NCBI GenBank assembly: GCA_963770985.1
Contig: CAVYRR010000009.1
Span: 87,433 to 151,432, forward strand
Reading direction: 5' to 3'
DNA: 64,000 bases
Source: an uncultured Alphaproteobacteria bacterium
GTDB taxonomy: Bacteria > Pseudomonadota > Alphaproteobacteria > Rhizobiales > Xanthobacteraceae
Shown here: positions 1-8,771 of the stretch, piece after piece
How positions within the stretch are numbered: the stretch's first letter is position 1
Layout: every line of letters begins with the position of its first letter
Position numbers and translations under genes: made by a program
The notes under the pieces: model-generated
Told to the model about the DNA's origin: nothing
What the model saw: only the letters and a program-made list of their open reading frames with translations
The model's database searches: none

Positions 1-185
1 TCGGCATCTGCACCCATCTCGGCTGCATCCCGCTCGCCCACCAGGGCGAATATGACGGCTGGTTCTGCCCCTGCCACGGCTCGCAATACGACACCTCCGG
101 CCGCATCCGCAAAGGCCCGGCGCCGAAGAATCTCCCGCTGCCTCCCTACGCATTCATCTCCGACAGCAAGATCCGGATCGGCTGA
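1..185 (+). CDS. petA: Rieske Fe-S subunit of cytochrome bc1, 3' part (runs off window start)
   Basis: Frame from position 3 reads [10 protein letters not shown]...[26 protein letters not shown], i.e. both Rieske boxes; TGA at 183-185; directly upstream of cytochrome b. Confidence 0.97.
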   Translation, partial: GICTHLGCIPLAHQGEYDGWFCPCHGSQYDTSGRIRKGPAPKNLPLPPYAFISDSKIRIG

Positions 186-216
186 TCCGCGACGGATTGT
201 TCTCAAAGGTTCGATT

Positions 217-1443
217 ATGAGCGGACACTCGACCTACCAGCCGACCAATCCCGCATTGCAGTGGCTCGAGAAGCGGCTGCCGATCGGCGGCCTGATCCAT
301 TCTTCGTTCATCGCCTATCCGACGCCGCGCAACCTGAATTACTGGTGGACGTTCGGCGGCATCCTCTCGTTCATGCTCGGCGTGCAGATCATCACCGGCA
401 TCATCCTGGCGATGCACTACACGCCGCATGTCGATCTCGCCTTCCGGTCGGTCGAGGCGATCATGCGCGACGTCAATTTCGGCTGGCTGCTGCGCTACCT
501 GCATGCCAACGGCGCCGCGATGTTCTTCCTCGCCGTCTACATCCACATGTTCCGCGGCATGTATTACGGCTCCTATAAGGAGCCGCGCGAAGTCTTGTGG
601 ATCCTCGGCGTGATCATCTATCTGCTGATGATGGCCACCGGCTTCATGGGCTACGTGCTGGTCTGGGGCCAGATGAGTTTCTGGGCGGCGACCGTGATCA
701 CCAATCTGTTCTCCGCCATCCCCGGCGTCGGCGACGCCATCGTCACCTGGCTGTGGGGCGGCTACGCGGTCGGCAATCCGACGCTCAACCGCTTCTACTC
801 GCTGCACTACCTGCTGCCGTTCGCCATCGCCGGAGTGGTGGTGCTGCACGTCTGGGCGCTGCACGTGACGGGGCAGAACAATCCGGATGGCATCGAGCCG
901 AAGTCGGACAAGGACACTGTGCCTTTCACGCCCTATGCGACCGTCAAGGACAGTTTCCTGATGGTGTGTTTCTGCATCCTGTTTGCCTGGTTTGTGTTCT
1001 ACATCCCGAACTTCCTCGGCCATTCCGACAACTACATCCCGGCCAATCCGGCGGTGACGCCGCCGGAAATCGTGCCGGAATGGTATTACCTGCCGTTCTA
1101 CGCGATCCTGCGCTCGATCCCGAACAAGCTGCTTGGCGTGATCGCGCTGTTCGGCTCGATCGGCATTCTCGCTTTCCTGCCTTGGCTCGACACTTCGAAG
1201 GTGCGCTCGGCGCGCTATCGGCCGCTTTACCGGCAGTTTTTCTGGCTGTTCGTGATTGCGGCGGTCGGGCTTGGCTGGCTCGGCACCAAGCCGCCGGAGG
1301 GCATCTATGTGATCCTCGCGCGCGTCTTCACGTTCTACTACTTCGCTTTCTTCCTGATCGTCCTGCCGCTGCTCGGCATCTTCGAGAAGACCAAGCCGCA
1401 GCCGAATTCGATTTCGGAATCGGTTTTGGGAGCAAAGGCGTGA
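217..1443 (+). CDS. petB: cytochrome b
   Basis: [21 protein letters not shown] and PEWY motifs; ATG at 217. Confidence 0.98.
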   Translation: MSGHSTYQPTNPALQWLEKRLPIGGLIHSSFIAYPTPRNLNYWWTFGGILSFMLGVQIITGIILAMHYTPHVDLAFRSVEAIMRDVNFGWLLRYLHANGAAMFFLAVYIHMFRGMYYGSYKEPREVLWILGVIIYLLMMATGFMGYVLVWGQMSFWAATVITNLFSAIPGVGDAIVTWLWGGYAVGNPTLNRFYSLHYLLPFAIAGVVVLHVWALHVTGQNNPDGIEPKSDKDTVPFTPYATVKDSFLMVCFCILFAWFVFYIPNFLGHSDNYIPANPAVTPPEIVPEWYYLPFYAILRSIPNKLLGVIALFGSIGILAFLPWLDTSKVRSARYRPLYRQFFWLFVIAAVGLGWLGTKPPEGIYVILARVFTFYYFAFFLIVLPLLGIFEKTKPQPNSISESVLGAKA

Positions 1444-1445
1444 GG

Positions 1446-2282
1446 ATGATGATGAACACGCAGCGCGCCATCTTCGCCCTTGTCCTCGCCGGCTCGCTGG
1501 TCGCAATGGCGTCTCCTGCGTCCGCGCAATTGACCGAGCAGGTGCCGCCACCGCGGCAGAAATGGTCGTTCGCCGGTCCGTTCGGCAAATACGACGAGGC
1601 GCAGCTCCAGCGCGGTTTCAAGATCTACCGCGAGGTCTGCTCCAACTGCCACTCTGTGGAGATGCTCTCCTTCCGCAATCTGGCGGATGTCGGCGGTCCC
1701 GGCTTCAGCGAGGCGCAGGCCGAGGCGGTCGCGACCGAATACAAGGTCAAGGACCTCGACGATCAGGGCAATCAGATCGAGCGGGCCGGCCGGCTGGCCG
1801 ATCATTTTCCGCCGCCATTCGCCAATGAACTGGTAGGCAAAGCGACCTATGGCGTCTCCCCGCCCGACATGTCGACGCTGGCCAAGGCGCGCAGCTACAG
1901 CCGGGGTTTCCCCTGGTTCTTGTTCGATATGGTTACGCAATACCAGGAGCAGGGTCCGGACTACATCGCGGCCTATATCAGCGGCTACAAGGACCCGCCG
2001 ACAGGCTTCGTGGTGCCGCAGGGCGGCCACTACAATGAATATTTCCCCGGCCATAACACGGCCATGCCGCCGCCGCTGCAGCCGGGACAGGTGACCTATG
2101 ACGATGGGTCGCCGCAGACCGTGGAGCAGTATTCCAGGGACGTGGCGGCCTTCCTGATGTGGGCGGCTGAGCCGCACCTCGACGCGCGCAAGCGCATCGG
2201 CTTCCAGGTGATAATCTTCCTGATCGTGTTCGCCGGTCTGCTGTACTTCACCAAGAAGAAGGTGTGGTCGGCGGTCCATTAA
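1446..2282 (+). CDS. petC: cytochrome c1
   Basis: Signal peptide, CSNCH heme motif, QLQRGFKIYREVC, C-terminal TM helix; follows petB. Confidence 0.97.
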   Translation: MMMNTQRAIFALVLAGSLVAMASPASAQLTEQVPPPRQKWSFAGPFGKYDEAQLQRGFKIYREVCSNCHSVEMLSFRNLADVGGPGFSEAQAEAVATEYKVKDLDDQGNQIERAGRLADHFPPPFANELVGKATYGVSPPDMSTLAKARSYSRGFPWFLFDMVTQYQEQGPDYIAAYISGYKDPPTGFVVPQGGHYNEYFPGHNTAMPPPLQPGQVTYDDGSPQTVEQYSRDVAAFLMWAAEPHLDARKRIGFQVIIFLIVFAGLLYFTKKKVWSAVH

Positions 2283-2314
2283 TGCGCCACGAAATCTTTT
2301 GACGTGGGGCCCCG

Positions 2315-2362
2315 GAGTGCGGTCAGCAAAAGTGGGCACCGGTTTTGCGTCCGACCGCGCTC
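2315..2362. repeat. REP-like palindrome (family with AAAAGTGG..ACCGGTTTT core)
   Basis: GAGTGCGGTC-AGCAAAAGTGGGCACCGGTTTTGCG-TCCGACCGCGCTC; related to copies at 8699, 35511 and 37677. Confidence 0.7.
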
Positions 2363-2461
2363 CTATTTATAAAATTGGCGCGCAATCCGGGCGGCTGACC
2401 GGTGCCCACTCAGCCTGATTGCGCGCGCGGGGCCCTTCGTTTTTTGGAAGGTTAGACGGGC

Positions 2462-3337
2462 ATGACCAAATCCGTCCTCGGTATCATCGGCGGCAGCGGC
2501 ATTTACGACCTGCCGGGCCTGGAGAACGTGCGCGAGCAGCGCATCCCGAGCCCCTGGGGTGAGCCGTCGGCGGCGCTTCGCATCGGTGACATCGCTGGCC
2601 TGCCGGTGGTGTTCCTGGCGCGCCACGACAAGGGCCACCGGCTGTCGCCCTCCGACATCAACTACCGGGCCAATATCGACGTCTTGAAGCGCGCCGGCGT
2701 CACCGACTTGGTGTCGCTGTCGGCCTGCGGCTCGTTCAAGGAGGAACTGCCGCCGGGGACGTTCGTCCTGGTCGATCAATTCGTCGACCGCACCTACAAG
2801 CGCGAGAGCTCGTTCTTCGGCAAAGGACTGGTGGCGCATGTGTCGATGGCGCACCCCGTCAGCCCGCGGCTGCGCGCGCGCATCGGCGAGGCGGCGTTGC
2901 TCGAAGGCATCGAGCCGCAGTTCGGTGGCACTTACGTCTGCATGGAAGGCCCGCAGTTCTCCACTTATGCCGAGAGTATCACCTACAAGCAGCTCGGTTA
3001 TTCCGTGATCGGCATGACCAACATGCCGGAGGCCAAGCTCGCGCGCGAGGCGGAGATTTGTTACGCCACTGTCGCCATGGTGACCGATTTCGACTGCTGG
3101 CACCCCGGGCACGACGCGGTCACCGTGCAGGACATCATCAAGGTGCTGCTGGAGAATGCCGGGCACGCCAAGCGGCTGGTGGCGCGACTGGCGCGCGATT
3201 TTCCCCGCGTGCATGAACCGTGTCCGATCGGGTCTGATCGCGCGCTCGACTCAGCGCTGATCACCGCGCCCCATGCGCGCGATCCCGAGTTGATCAAGAA
3301 GCTCGATGCGGTGGCGGGCAGGGTGCTCAATCGCTGA
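2462..3337 (+). CDS. mtnP: S-methyl-5'-thioadenosine phosphorylase
   Basis: GIIGGSG, INYRANI, MEGPQFST, GMTNMPEAKLAREAEICYA, VTDFDCW motifs. Confidence 0.95.
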   Translation: MTKSVLGIIGGSGIYDLPGLENVREQRIPSPWGEPSAALRIGDIAGLPVVFLARHDKGHRLSPSDINYRANIDVLKRAGVTDLVSLSACGSFKEELPPGTFVLVDQFVDRTYKRESSFFGKGLVAHVSMAHPVSPRLRARIGEAALLEGIEPQFGGTYVCMEGPQFSTYAESITYKQLGYSVIGMTNMPEAKLAREAEICYATVAMVTDFDCWHPGHDAVTVQDIIKVLLENAGHAKRLVARLARDFPRVHEPCPIGSDRALDSALITAPHARDPELIKKLDAVAGRVLNR

Positions 3338-3404
3338 GCGCCGGGTGCTTGCTGGCCCAAGTCCGCGGCTTTAAAGTCGATGACCCAGTGTGATGTGTAG
3401 GGTC

Positions 3405-4250
3405 ATGAGAGAACGCCCCGGCGCAATTTTTATCGCTTGCGGCTTCGGCCTGGCGGTGTTGGCGGTCGCTTCGCTTGGTCCCTCGGCGCACGGCCAATCG
3501 GCCGATCTCGTATTGTGCGACCGGATCGCCGCCGACCCGGCCGATCCTGATAAGCCGCCGGACGTCAAAGGCGTCTCGCAGATTGCGCCGTCTGATATCG
3601 AAACCGCGATTAAATATTGCAAAATTGCGGCGGCAAAATCGCGCCGCGCGCTTTATCAGCTTGGCCGCGCCTACGCCGCTAATCGTCAAATGTCGGAAGC
3701 GCTGCGCGCCTATCGCCAGGCGGCCGACAAGGGCAGCACGTCGGCCATGGTCGAACTCGACGTCATGCTCGGAACTGGCGCGGGCGTGCCCAAGGACCAA
3801 GCCTCGGCGCGCGCGCTGTTCGAGCGCGCGGCCAAGGCCGGCAATCCGCGCGGCATCACAAATCTTGAAGCGACGAGCGGCAGCCCCCCGTCAGATCCCC
3901 GCGAGGCGAGAGCGGTGCTTGCGAAGGCGGCGGAAGCCAATTCGGCCGAAGCGCAATTTCAGCTGGGCATAATGCTTGCCGAAGGAACCGGCGGTCCGAA
4001 AGACGATGCCGCGGCGCGGGCGATGTTCGACAAGGCAGCCGCGCAAGGCCACGCCGAAGCGATGATGTGGGCGGGGGCCTTTGCGCAAATCGGACGCGGT
4101 GGGCCAGAAGATTCGCGCGCCGCAAGGTCGTATTACGAGAAAGCCGCCGCGCTCGGTAATGAAGATGCCAAGGTGCGTCTCAAGAACATGGACTGCCCCT
4201 ACGTCCTCAAGGACAAGCGCGGCAACGTGATGACGCATCTCTGCTTCTAG
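3405..4250 (+). CDS. exported Sel1-repeat protein
   Basis: Signal-like N-terminus; Sel1 repeats (AQFQLGIMLAEGTGGPKD, YYEKAAALG); start uncertain (3390-3405). Confidence 0.85.
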   Translation: MRERPGAIFIACGFGLAVLAVASLGPSAHGQSADLVLCDRIAADPADPDKPPDVKGVSQIAPSDIETAIKYCKIAAAKSRRALYQLGRAYAANRQMSEALRAYRQAADKGSTSAMVELDVMLGTGAGVPKDQASARALFERAAKAGNPRGITNLEATSGSPPSDPREARAVLAKAAEANSAEAQFQLGIMLAEGTGGPKDDAAARAMFDKAAAQGHAEAMMWAGAFAQIGRGGPEDSRAARSYYEKAAALGNEDAKVRLKNMDCPYVLKDKRGNVMTHLCF

Positions 4251-4363
4251 CTTTTCCGTGTCGGGTTCACACGGCCGGCTATGCGCCGATACGGTTGCGC
4301 CGGTCGCCCGCGGTTCGCCACAGTGCGTCCGCTGCCCGCCTCCCGTTCCTGCAAGAGTGAGCC

Positions 4364-4912
4364 ATGACGTCCTTCGACCTCGATAACGATCTGAAATCCG
4401 CGATCCGCTCGATCCCCGACTATCCCAAAGCGGGCATTATGTTCCGCGACATCACCACGCTCTTGGGCGACGCGCGCGCTTTCCGCCGCGCGGTAGACGA
4501 GTTGGTGCAGCCCTGGGCCGGCATGAAGATCGACAAGGTCGCGGGCATCGAGGCGCGCGGCTTCATCTTAGGGGGAGCGGTGGCGCATCAAGTGTCGGCC
4601 GGCTTCGTGCCGATCCGCAAGAAGGGCAAGCTGCCCCATAAGCGCGTGAGCGTCGCCTATGCGCTGGAATACGGCGAGGACATGATCGAGATGCATGCCG
4701 ACGCGCTGGTCGCGGGCGAGCGCGTGGTGCTGGTGGACGACCTGATCGCGACCGGCGGCACGGCGGAAGCGGCGGTGAAGCTGTTGCGCCAGCTCGGCGC
4801 CGACGTGCTGGCGGCCTGCTTCGTCATCGACCTGCCGGACCTCGGCGGCGCCGAGCGCCTGCGCAAGCTCGACGTGCCGGTGCGCACGCTGATTTCATTC
4901 GAGGGGCATTAA
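4364..4912 (+). CDS. apt: adenine phosphoribosyltransferase
   Basis: [38 protein letters not shown]-binding motif. Confidence 0.97.
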   Translation: MTSFDLDNDLKSAIRSIPDYPKAGIMFRDITTLLGDARAFRRAVDELVQPWAGMKIDKVAGIEARGFILGGAVAHQVSAGFVPIRKKGKLPHKRVSVAYALEYGEDMIEMHADALVAGERVVLVDDLIATGGTAEAAVKLLRQLGADVLAACFVIDLPDLGGAERLRKLDVPVRTLISFEGH

Positions 4913-4924
4913 GCCAAACTTACG

Positions 4925-6049
4925 TCAGTGCAGTTTTGCTGCGGGGCGTTCGCGCTTGCGGTGGAAGTCCACTATTTTTTCAGCCGTCGACCGGTCTAAG
5001 CGCGCAAATGAGATTTCGTATCGCCTCATATCTCCTAACGCATGGGGATTTTGCCCGGCGCTGAACTCAAGAATGATTTTGGTCGATTGCCAGGAAAGTC
5101 CAATCGATTTAGCCAAAATCAGCAGCACTTCGACGTGATCATCTTTAATTTTACGTTCGACGAAATCGGCCGGCAAGTTCGATAGCTGCGCGAGCGTGGC
5201 GACGGTCTCTTTTAGGTGGCCGGCCTTTGCATGGGCCTCCAATTTTTCGACTTGCGATTTCCACGACAACTTCTGGGATTCAACAGGCGCCCACTTGTTC
5301 TGGAATTCTTCAGGCCCCGGCGCGGCCGCGTCTTGCAGCGATCTGGCAGCGACTTTCGTTCGAATTTGGTCGGTCACGTCGTCGACGACAATATGGATGT
5401 CGCGCCGGGCGTGCGGACGCTCGGCCACAAGCTTGCTGCGAACGACGTCCGACGCAGTTTCGAGCAGTTTATCGAACAACTGCGGGGGAATATCCGGTCG
5501 TGCCCCCACGCATGCGGCAAGCAGGTCGTCGCCCTTCGAGCGATTGACCAGAGTTGCAAACCCGCCGCTGGAGAATTTGGCTCCGGCATTCTGCGCCGTG
5601 CTCCAGACTACCTGCTGATCGCCGCGCTCGACGAGAACGTCGGTGACCGCTGCGGCAAGCGCCTTTCGACGCGAGATCGCCAGCAGATGTTCCTGACTCT
5701 TGGTCTTGGCGCATCTGATCAGCGTCGCGTCGTCAAGCTGCTCGCCTTGGATGAGGACGGGAGAAGCGATATCGATGATGTCATCGCAAGCCAGGGCGCT
5801 GAGAATCTTTGGGGGCGCTTTCGAATGGGGGCCAAGGCGGATAGCGAGCAAAGCCCGCGCGGATTCCTCTATGGTCGCCACCATCCGGACGAAGACGTCG
5901 TCAATCAGGGCTATCTCATCGTCGGAATACAGATCGGCATTGACCAGGAATAAGTCTGTGAGGTGACGCACCATCTCGGCGCGCTGGGGCCCCGAGCTTT
6001 GCGCGACGGTGGTGTCGATCTCATGGAGGAAAGAGAGGCGGGCATTCAT
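4925..6049 (-). CDS. DUF2336 domain protein
   Basis: LACDDIIDIASPVL, HLLAISRR, VTDVLVERGD, NAGAKFS are typical DUF2336 segments; start set at MNARLSF. Confidence 0.85.
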   Translation of the reverse strand: MNARLSFLHEIDTTVAQSSGPQRAEMVRHLTDLFLVNADLYSDDEIALIDDVFVRMVATIEESARALLAIRLGPHSKAPPKILSALACDDIIDIASPVLIQGEQLDDATLIRCAKTKSQEHLLAISRRKALAAAVTDVLVERGDQQVVWSTAQNAGAKFSSGGFATLVNRSKGDDLLAACVGARPDIPPQLFDKLLETASDVVRSKLVAERPHARRDIHIVVDDVTDQIRTKVAARSLQDAAAPGPEEFQNKWAPVESQKLSWKSQVEKLEAHAKAGHLKETVATLAQLSNLPADFVERKIKDDHVEVLLILAKSIGLSWQSTKIILEFSAGQNPHALGDMRRYEISFARLDRSTAEKIVDFHRKRERPAAKLH

Positions 6050-6142
6050 CGTTTGGAACCACGTCCTGTGGTTGGCCAAATTTGGCGGGGGAAATGACTT
6101 TTTGGTCGAACCGTGCCGATAGTGAAAATACATGCATTTTGT

Positions 6143-6157
6143 TTAACAATGGCTAAA
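6143..6157. promoter_or_regulatory. candidate CtrA box upstream of the DUF2336 gene
   Basis: TTAA-caatggc-TAAA, one mismatch to TTAA-N7-TTAA, in an AT-rich intergenic region. Confidence 0.45.
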
Positions 6158-6231
6158 GCATAATCGTTCGCATTGCCGACGAGCCGGCGCCGCTATTCGC
6201 CATGCATGGCCGCCTTATTGCGACAAGACAG

Positions 6232-7383
6232 CTAGTTTTGCTTCGGCCCCCAAGGGCCGCCTGGTCCTGGCGCGGGCGCGCCAGGCTCCGGTCCCCACGG
6301 TCCGGCCGCGGGTGTGGCTTGCTGCGGCGTTTCGGGCGCCCAAGGCCCATCCGCCGGCGGCTCCGATGTGGCCTCGGCTTCCTGCGGCGCTTCCAGCGCC
6401 AGCGGGCCGGGATCGTGGCCGCCGGCGAATTTCACCAGCGCCTCGACGCGCGCCTCGACCGATGGATGCGTATCGAAAATATTGGAAAAACCCTCACGCG
6501 GATTGTCGATGCACATTTCCATCACGGCGGAATTTGCGCCGGGGATTTCGCCGCGCCCCTCGATCTTGCGCAGCGCTGAGATCATGGCGTCGGGATTCTT
6601 GGTCAGTTCGACCGAGCCGGAATCGGCTAGATATTCGCGCTGACGCGACAGCGCGAAGCGGATGACGATCGACAAAATCCAGACCAGCGCGATGATCGCG
6701 ACGGCTATGACGATGGCGATACCGGCGCCGCCTTTGCCGTCCTCGCGGCTGGAGCGCCGGCCGCCGCCCCAGAATACGTTCTGGAAGAAGATGCGGAACA
6801 CCAGTTCGCCAAAGAACGAGATCACGCCGGCGATCACCACCGCGATCACCAGCATGCGCACGTCGCCATTGCGGATATGGGTAAGTTCGTGGCCGAGCAC
6901 GGCCTCGATTTCCTGATCGTTGAGCGCGTCGATGAGGCCGCGCGTCACCGTGATCGAGTATTGCTTGTCGTTGAGGCCGGTGGCGAAAGCATTGAGCGCT
7001 TCGTCGTCGGCGATGCGCAGCGTCGGCATGGTGATGCCGCGCGAGATGCAGAGGTTTTCCAACAGATTGTAGAGTCGCGGCTCTTCGGTCCGGCTGACCG
7101 CGCGCGCGCCGGTCACCGCGTCGATCATCGACTGGTGAAATTTGTAGCCGATCAGAACCCAGATCACCGTGCCGACGGTGGCGAACGGCAGCGCCTTAAC
7201 GAAATCGAAGACCGCCGCGCGGATAAGGTAGTCGAGCGGCTGGTTATCGTATGCGCTGAGCGCCTCGGCCAGCAGCGCGCCGGCGAACACCAGAACGTAG
7301 ACCAGGAAGAACAGCCCGATCAGCAGCGCGATCGAGCGGCGCTTGTTCGATTGGATATGCGTGTAGAGCCCGAAGGCGGCCAT
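6232..7383 (-). CDS. htpX: M48 family zinc metalloprotease (HtpX-like)
   Basis: NAFATG, HELTH zinc motif, ALSRQREYLAD, THP; TM segments; downstream of lemA. Confidence 0.9.
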   Translation of the reverse strand: MAAFGLYTHIQSNKRRSIALLIGLFFLVYVLVFAGALLAEALSAYDNQPLDYLIRAAVFDFVKALPFATVGTVIWVLIGYKFHQSMIDAVTGARAVSRTEEPRLYNLLENLCISRGITMPTLRIADDEALNAFATGLNDKQYSITVTRGLIDALNDQEIEAVLGHELTHIRNGDVRMLVIAVVIAGVISFFGELVFRIFFQNVFWGGGRRSSREDGKGGAGIAIVIAVAIIALVWILSIVIRFALSRQREYLADSGSVELTKNPDAMISALRKIEGRGEIPGANSAVMEMCIDNPREGFSNIFDTHPSVEARVEALVKFAGGHDPGPLALEAPQEAEATSEPPADGPWAPETPQQATPAAGPWGPEPGAPAPGPGGPWGPKQN

Positions 7384-7407
7384 TGGTGGATCGCACCTGT
7401 CTGCCCG

Positions 7408-7514
7408 CCCTCATGGTTCGAGACGCACTACTTCGTAGCGGTCCTCACCATGAGGGCTTAGGGAGCAGACCTTATCCTAAGGAGCTCGCGCAGCGGGCGT
7501 CTCGAAGGATGAGG
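7408..7514. repeat. double-hairpin REP/RIME-like intergenic element
   Basis: CCCTCATGGT...ACCATGAGGG followed by an inverted related unit CCTTATCCT...GTCTCGAAGGATGAGG. Confidence 0.8.
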
Positions 7515-7524
7515 TCGTGTTTCA

Positions 7525-8088
7525 TCAGAACTTCACGCTCGGCGCTTGTTCGAGTTGCGCGCGTCCCTCACCGACGTCGAAGAACGGACGCTGTGCGAAA
7601 CCGAACATGCCGGCGAACAGCGAGGCCGGGAACACCTGGATGCCGGTATTGTATTCCTGCACCGCGCTGTTGAAGAAACGGCGCGCGGCGGCGAGCTTGT
7701 TCTCGATGTCGGACAGGTCGCTCTGCAACTGCTGGAAATTCGCGTTGGCCTTCAGGTTCGGATAATTTTCGGACAACGCGAACAGTTGCCGCAACGCGCC
7801 GCTGAGCACGTTTTCAGCCGCTACTTTCTGCTCGACCCCGGGCGCGGCGATGGCGGCGTTGCGGGCCTGGATCACCGCCTCCAAAGTTCCGCGCTCGTGG
7901 GCGGCATAGCCCTTCACCGTCTCCACCAGATTGGGGATCAGGTCGTGGCGCAGCTTGAGTTGCACGTCGATGTCGGCGAACGCCTGGTTGGTCCTCTGCC
8001 GCATGGCGACGAGGCCGTTGTAGATGCTGATCGCCCAGATCACGATCACGACAATGATGCCGAGAACGACCCAGCCAGTGGTAGACAT
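7525..8088 (-). CDS. lemA: LemA family protein
   Basis: N-terminal TM; DIDVQLKLRHDLIPNLVETVKGYAAHE; ENYPNLKAN. Confidence 0.95.
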   Translation of the reverse strand: MSTTGWVVLGIIVVIVIWAISIYNGLVAMRQRTNQAFADIDVQLKLRHDLIPNLVETVKGYAAHERGTLEAVIQARNAAIAAPGVEQKVAAENVLSGALRQLFALSENYPNLKANANFQQLQSDLSDIENKLAAARRFFNSAVQEYNTGIQVFPASLFAGMFGFAQRPFFDVGEGRAQLEQAPSVKF

Positions 8089-8222
8089 GGAACGGCTCCT
8101 GAAAGGAATTTCGACGGAACAAGCCTAGCCTAGATGGGTACGGTGCCGCCAACGGCAACCGGGTAAGGCTTAAGCAGGATTACGGTGCGTTCGCCGCATT
8201 TCGCGTAACCGCCTGATGTTGC

Positions 8223-8259
8223 AAAAAAAAGACCTCGGGTCTTAAGCCCGAGGTCTTTT
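8223..8259 (-). terminator. rho-independent terminator
   Basis: Minus strand GACCUCGGG-CUUAAGA-CCCGAGGUC followed by UUUUUUUU. Confidence 0.9.
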
Positions 8260-8320
8260 CGTCAGACGGCTATTCGGGGGGTAAGGGGGGAGCCGCCCGA
8301 CTTAATCGTGTCATCGTGTC
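8223..8320 (-). ncRNA. candidate general-stress sRNA with C-rich loop (GsrN-like)
   Basis: EcfG-type promoter at 8328-8352; 11-bp stem with loop CCCCCCUUACCCCCCGAAU (8261-8301); intrinsic terminator ending in U8; no ORF on this strand. Confidence 0.7.
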
Positions 8321-8327
8321 CGCGAAC

Positions 8328-8352
8328 AACGCCGTCGGCCGGGATTGGTTCC
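8328..8352 (-). promoter_or_regulatory. EcfG (sigmaT/RpoE2)-type promoter
   Basis: Minus strand GGAAC-caatcccggccgacgg-CGTT, exact GGAAC-N16-CGTT consensus. Confidence 0.8.
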
Positions 8353-8378
8353 GGGTTCCGCAGCCGATCACCGAGACG

Positions 8379-8387
8379 TTATCCACA
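8379..8387 (+). promoter_or_regulatory. perfect DnaA box
   Basis: TTATCCACA in the intergenic region; single copy. Confidence 0.5.
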
Positions 8388-8477
8388 AGTGTTCCGCTGG
8401 TCTTAAGACGGTCACGATCTATCAGTTCCATGATCGCGCGAGTTCCATTCGGCCGGGGTCAATTGAAGGGGGTCTGC

Positions 8478-8690
8478 ATGAGTTCGGTGATGATTAGGTG
8501 CCCCGTTACCCGCGAGCCGGTGTCGACCGCGATCGAGGTCGAACCGAGCGTGTTCCGCAAATTGCCGAAGGTCGCGGCGCGCATGCTCTGTCCGGCCTGC
8601 GGGCAGGAACACATCTGGGCCACGGGTTCCGCCTGGCTTGCGGATGAACCGCGGATTATCGACGGGCAGCGTCCGATCGCGGTGGCTTAG
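8478..8690 (+). CDS. small Cys-rich (zinc-ribbon-like) hypothetical protein, 70 aa
   Basis: MSSVMIRCPVT...CPACGQEHIW; purine-rich RBS GAAGGGGG upstream of the ATG. Confidence 0.75.
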   Translation: MSSVMIRCPVTREPVSTAIEVEPSVFRKLPKVAARMLCPACGQEHIWATGSAWLADEPRIIDGQRPIAVA

Positions 8691-8698
8691 TACCTTTT

Positions 8699-8771
8699 GC
8701 GCATGATCTTGTCCGAAAACCGGTTCCCACCCCGGATCGAGTCCGGAGCAGGCTTTTTGGGATATTGCGCT
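8699..8771. repeat. REP-like palindrome (GCATGATC...AAAACCGG family)
   Basis: GCGCATGATCTTGTCCGAAAACCGGTT...TTTTTGGGATATTGCGC; near reverse complement of 37677-37748. Confidence 0.8.

Noticed and set aside
154-1551. Long antisense or alternative-frame ORFs (this one, and e.g. 9017-10123, 25401-26813, 43797-45035)
   Set aside because: Shadows of well-supported genes in high-GC DNA with no recognisable motifs
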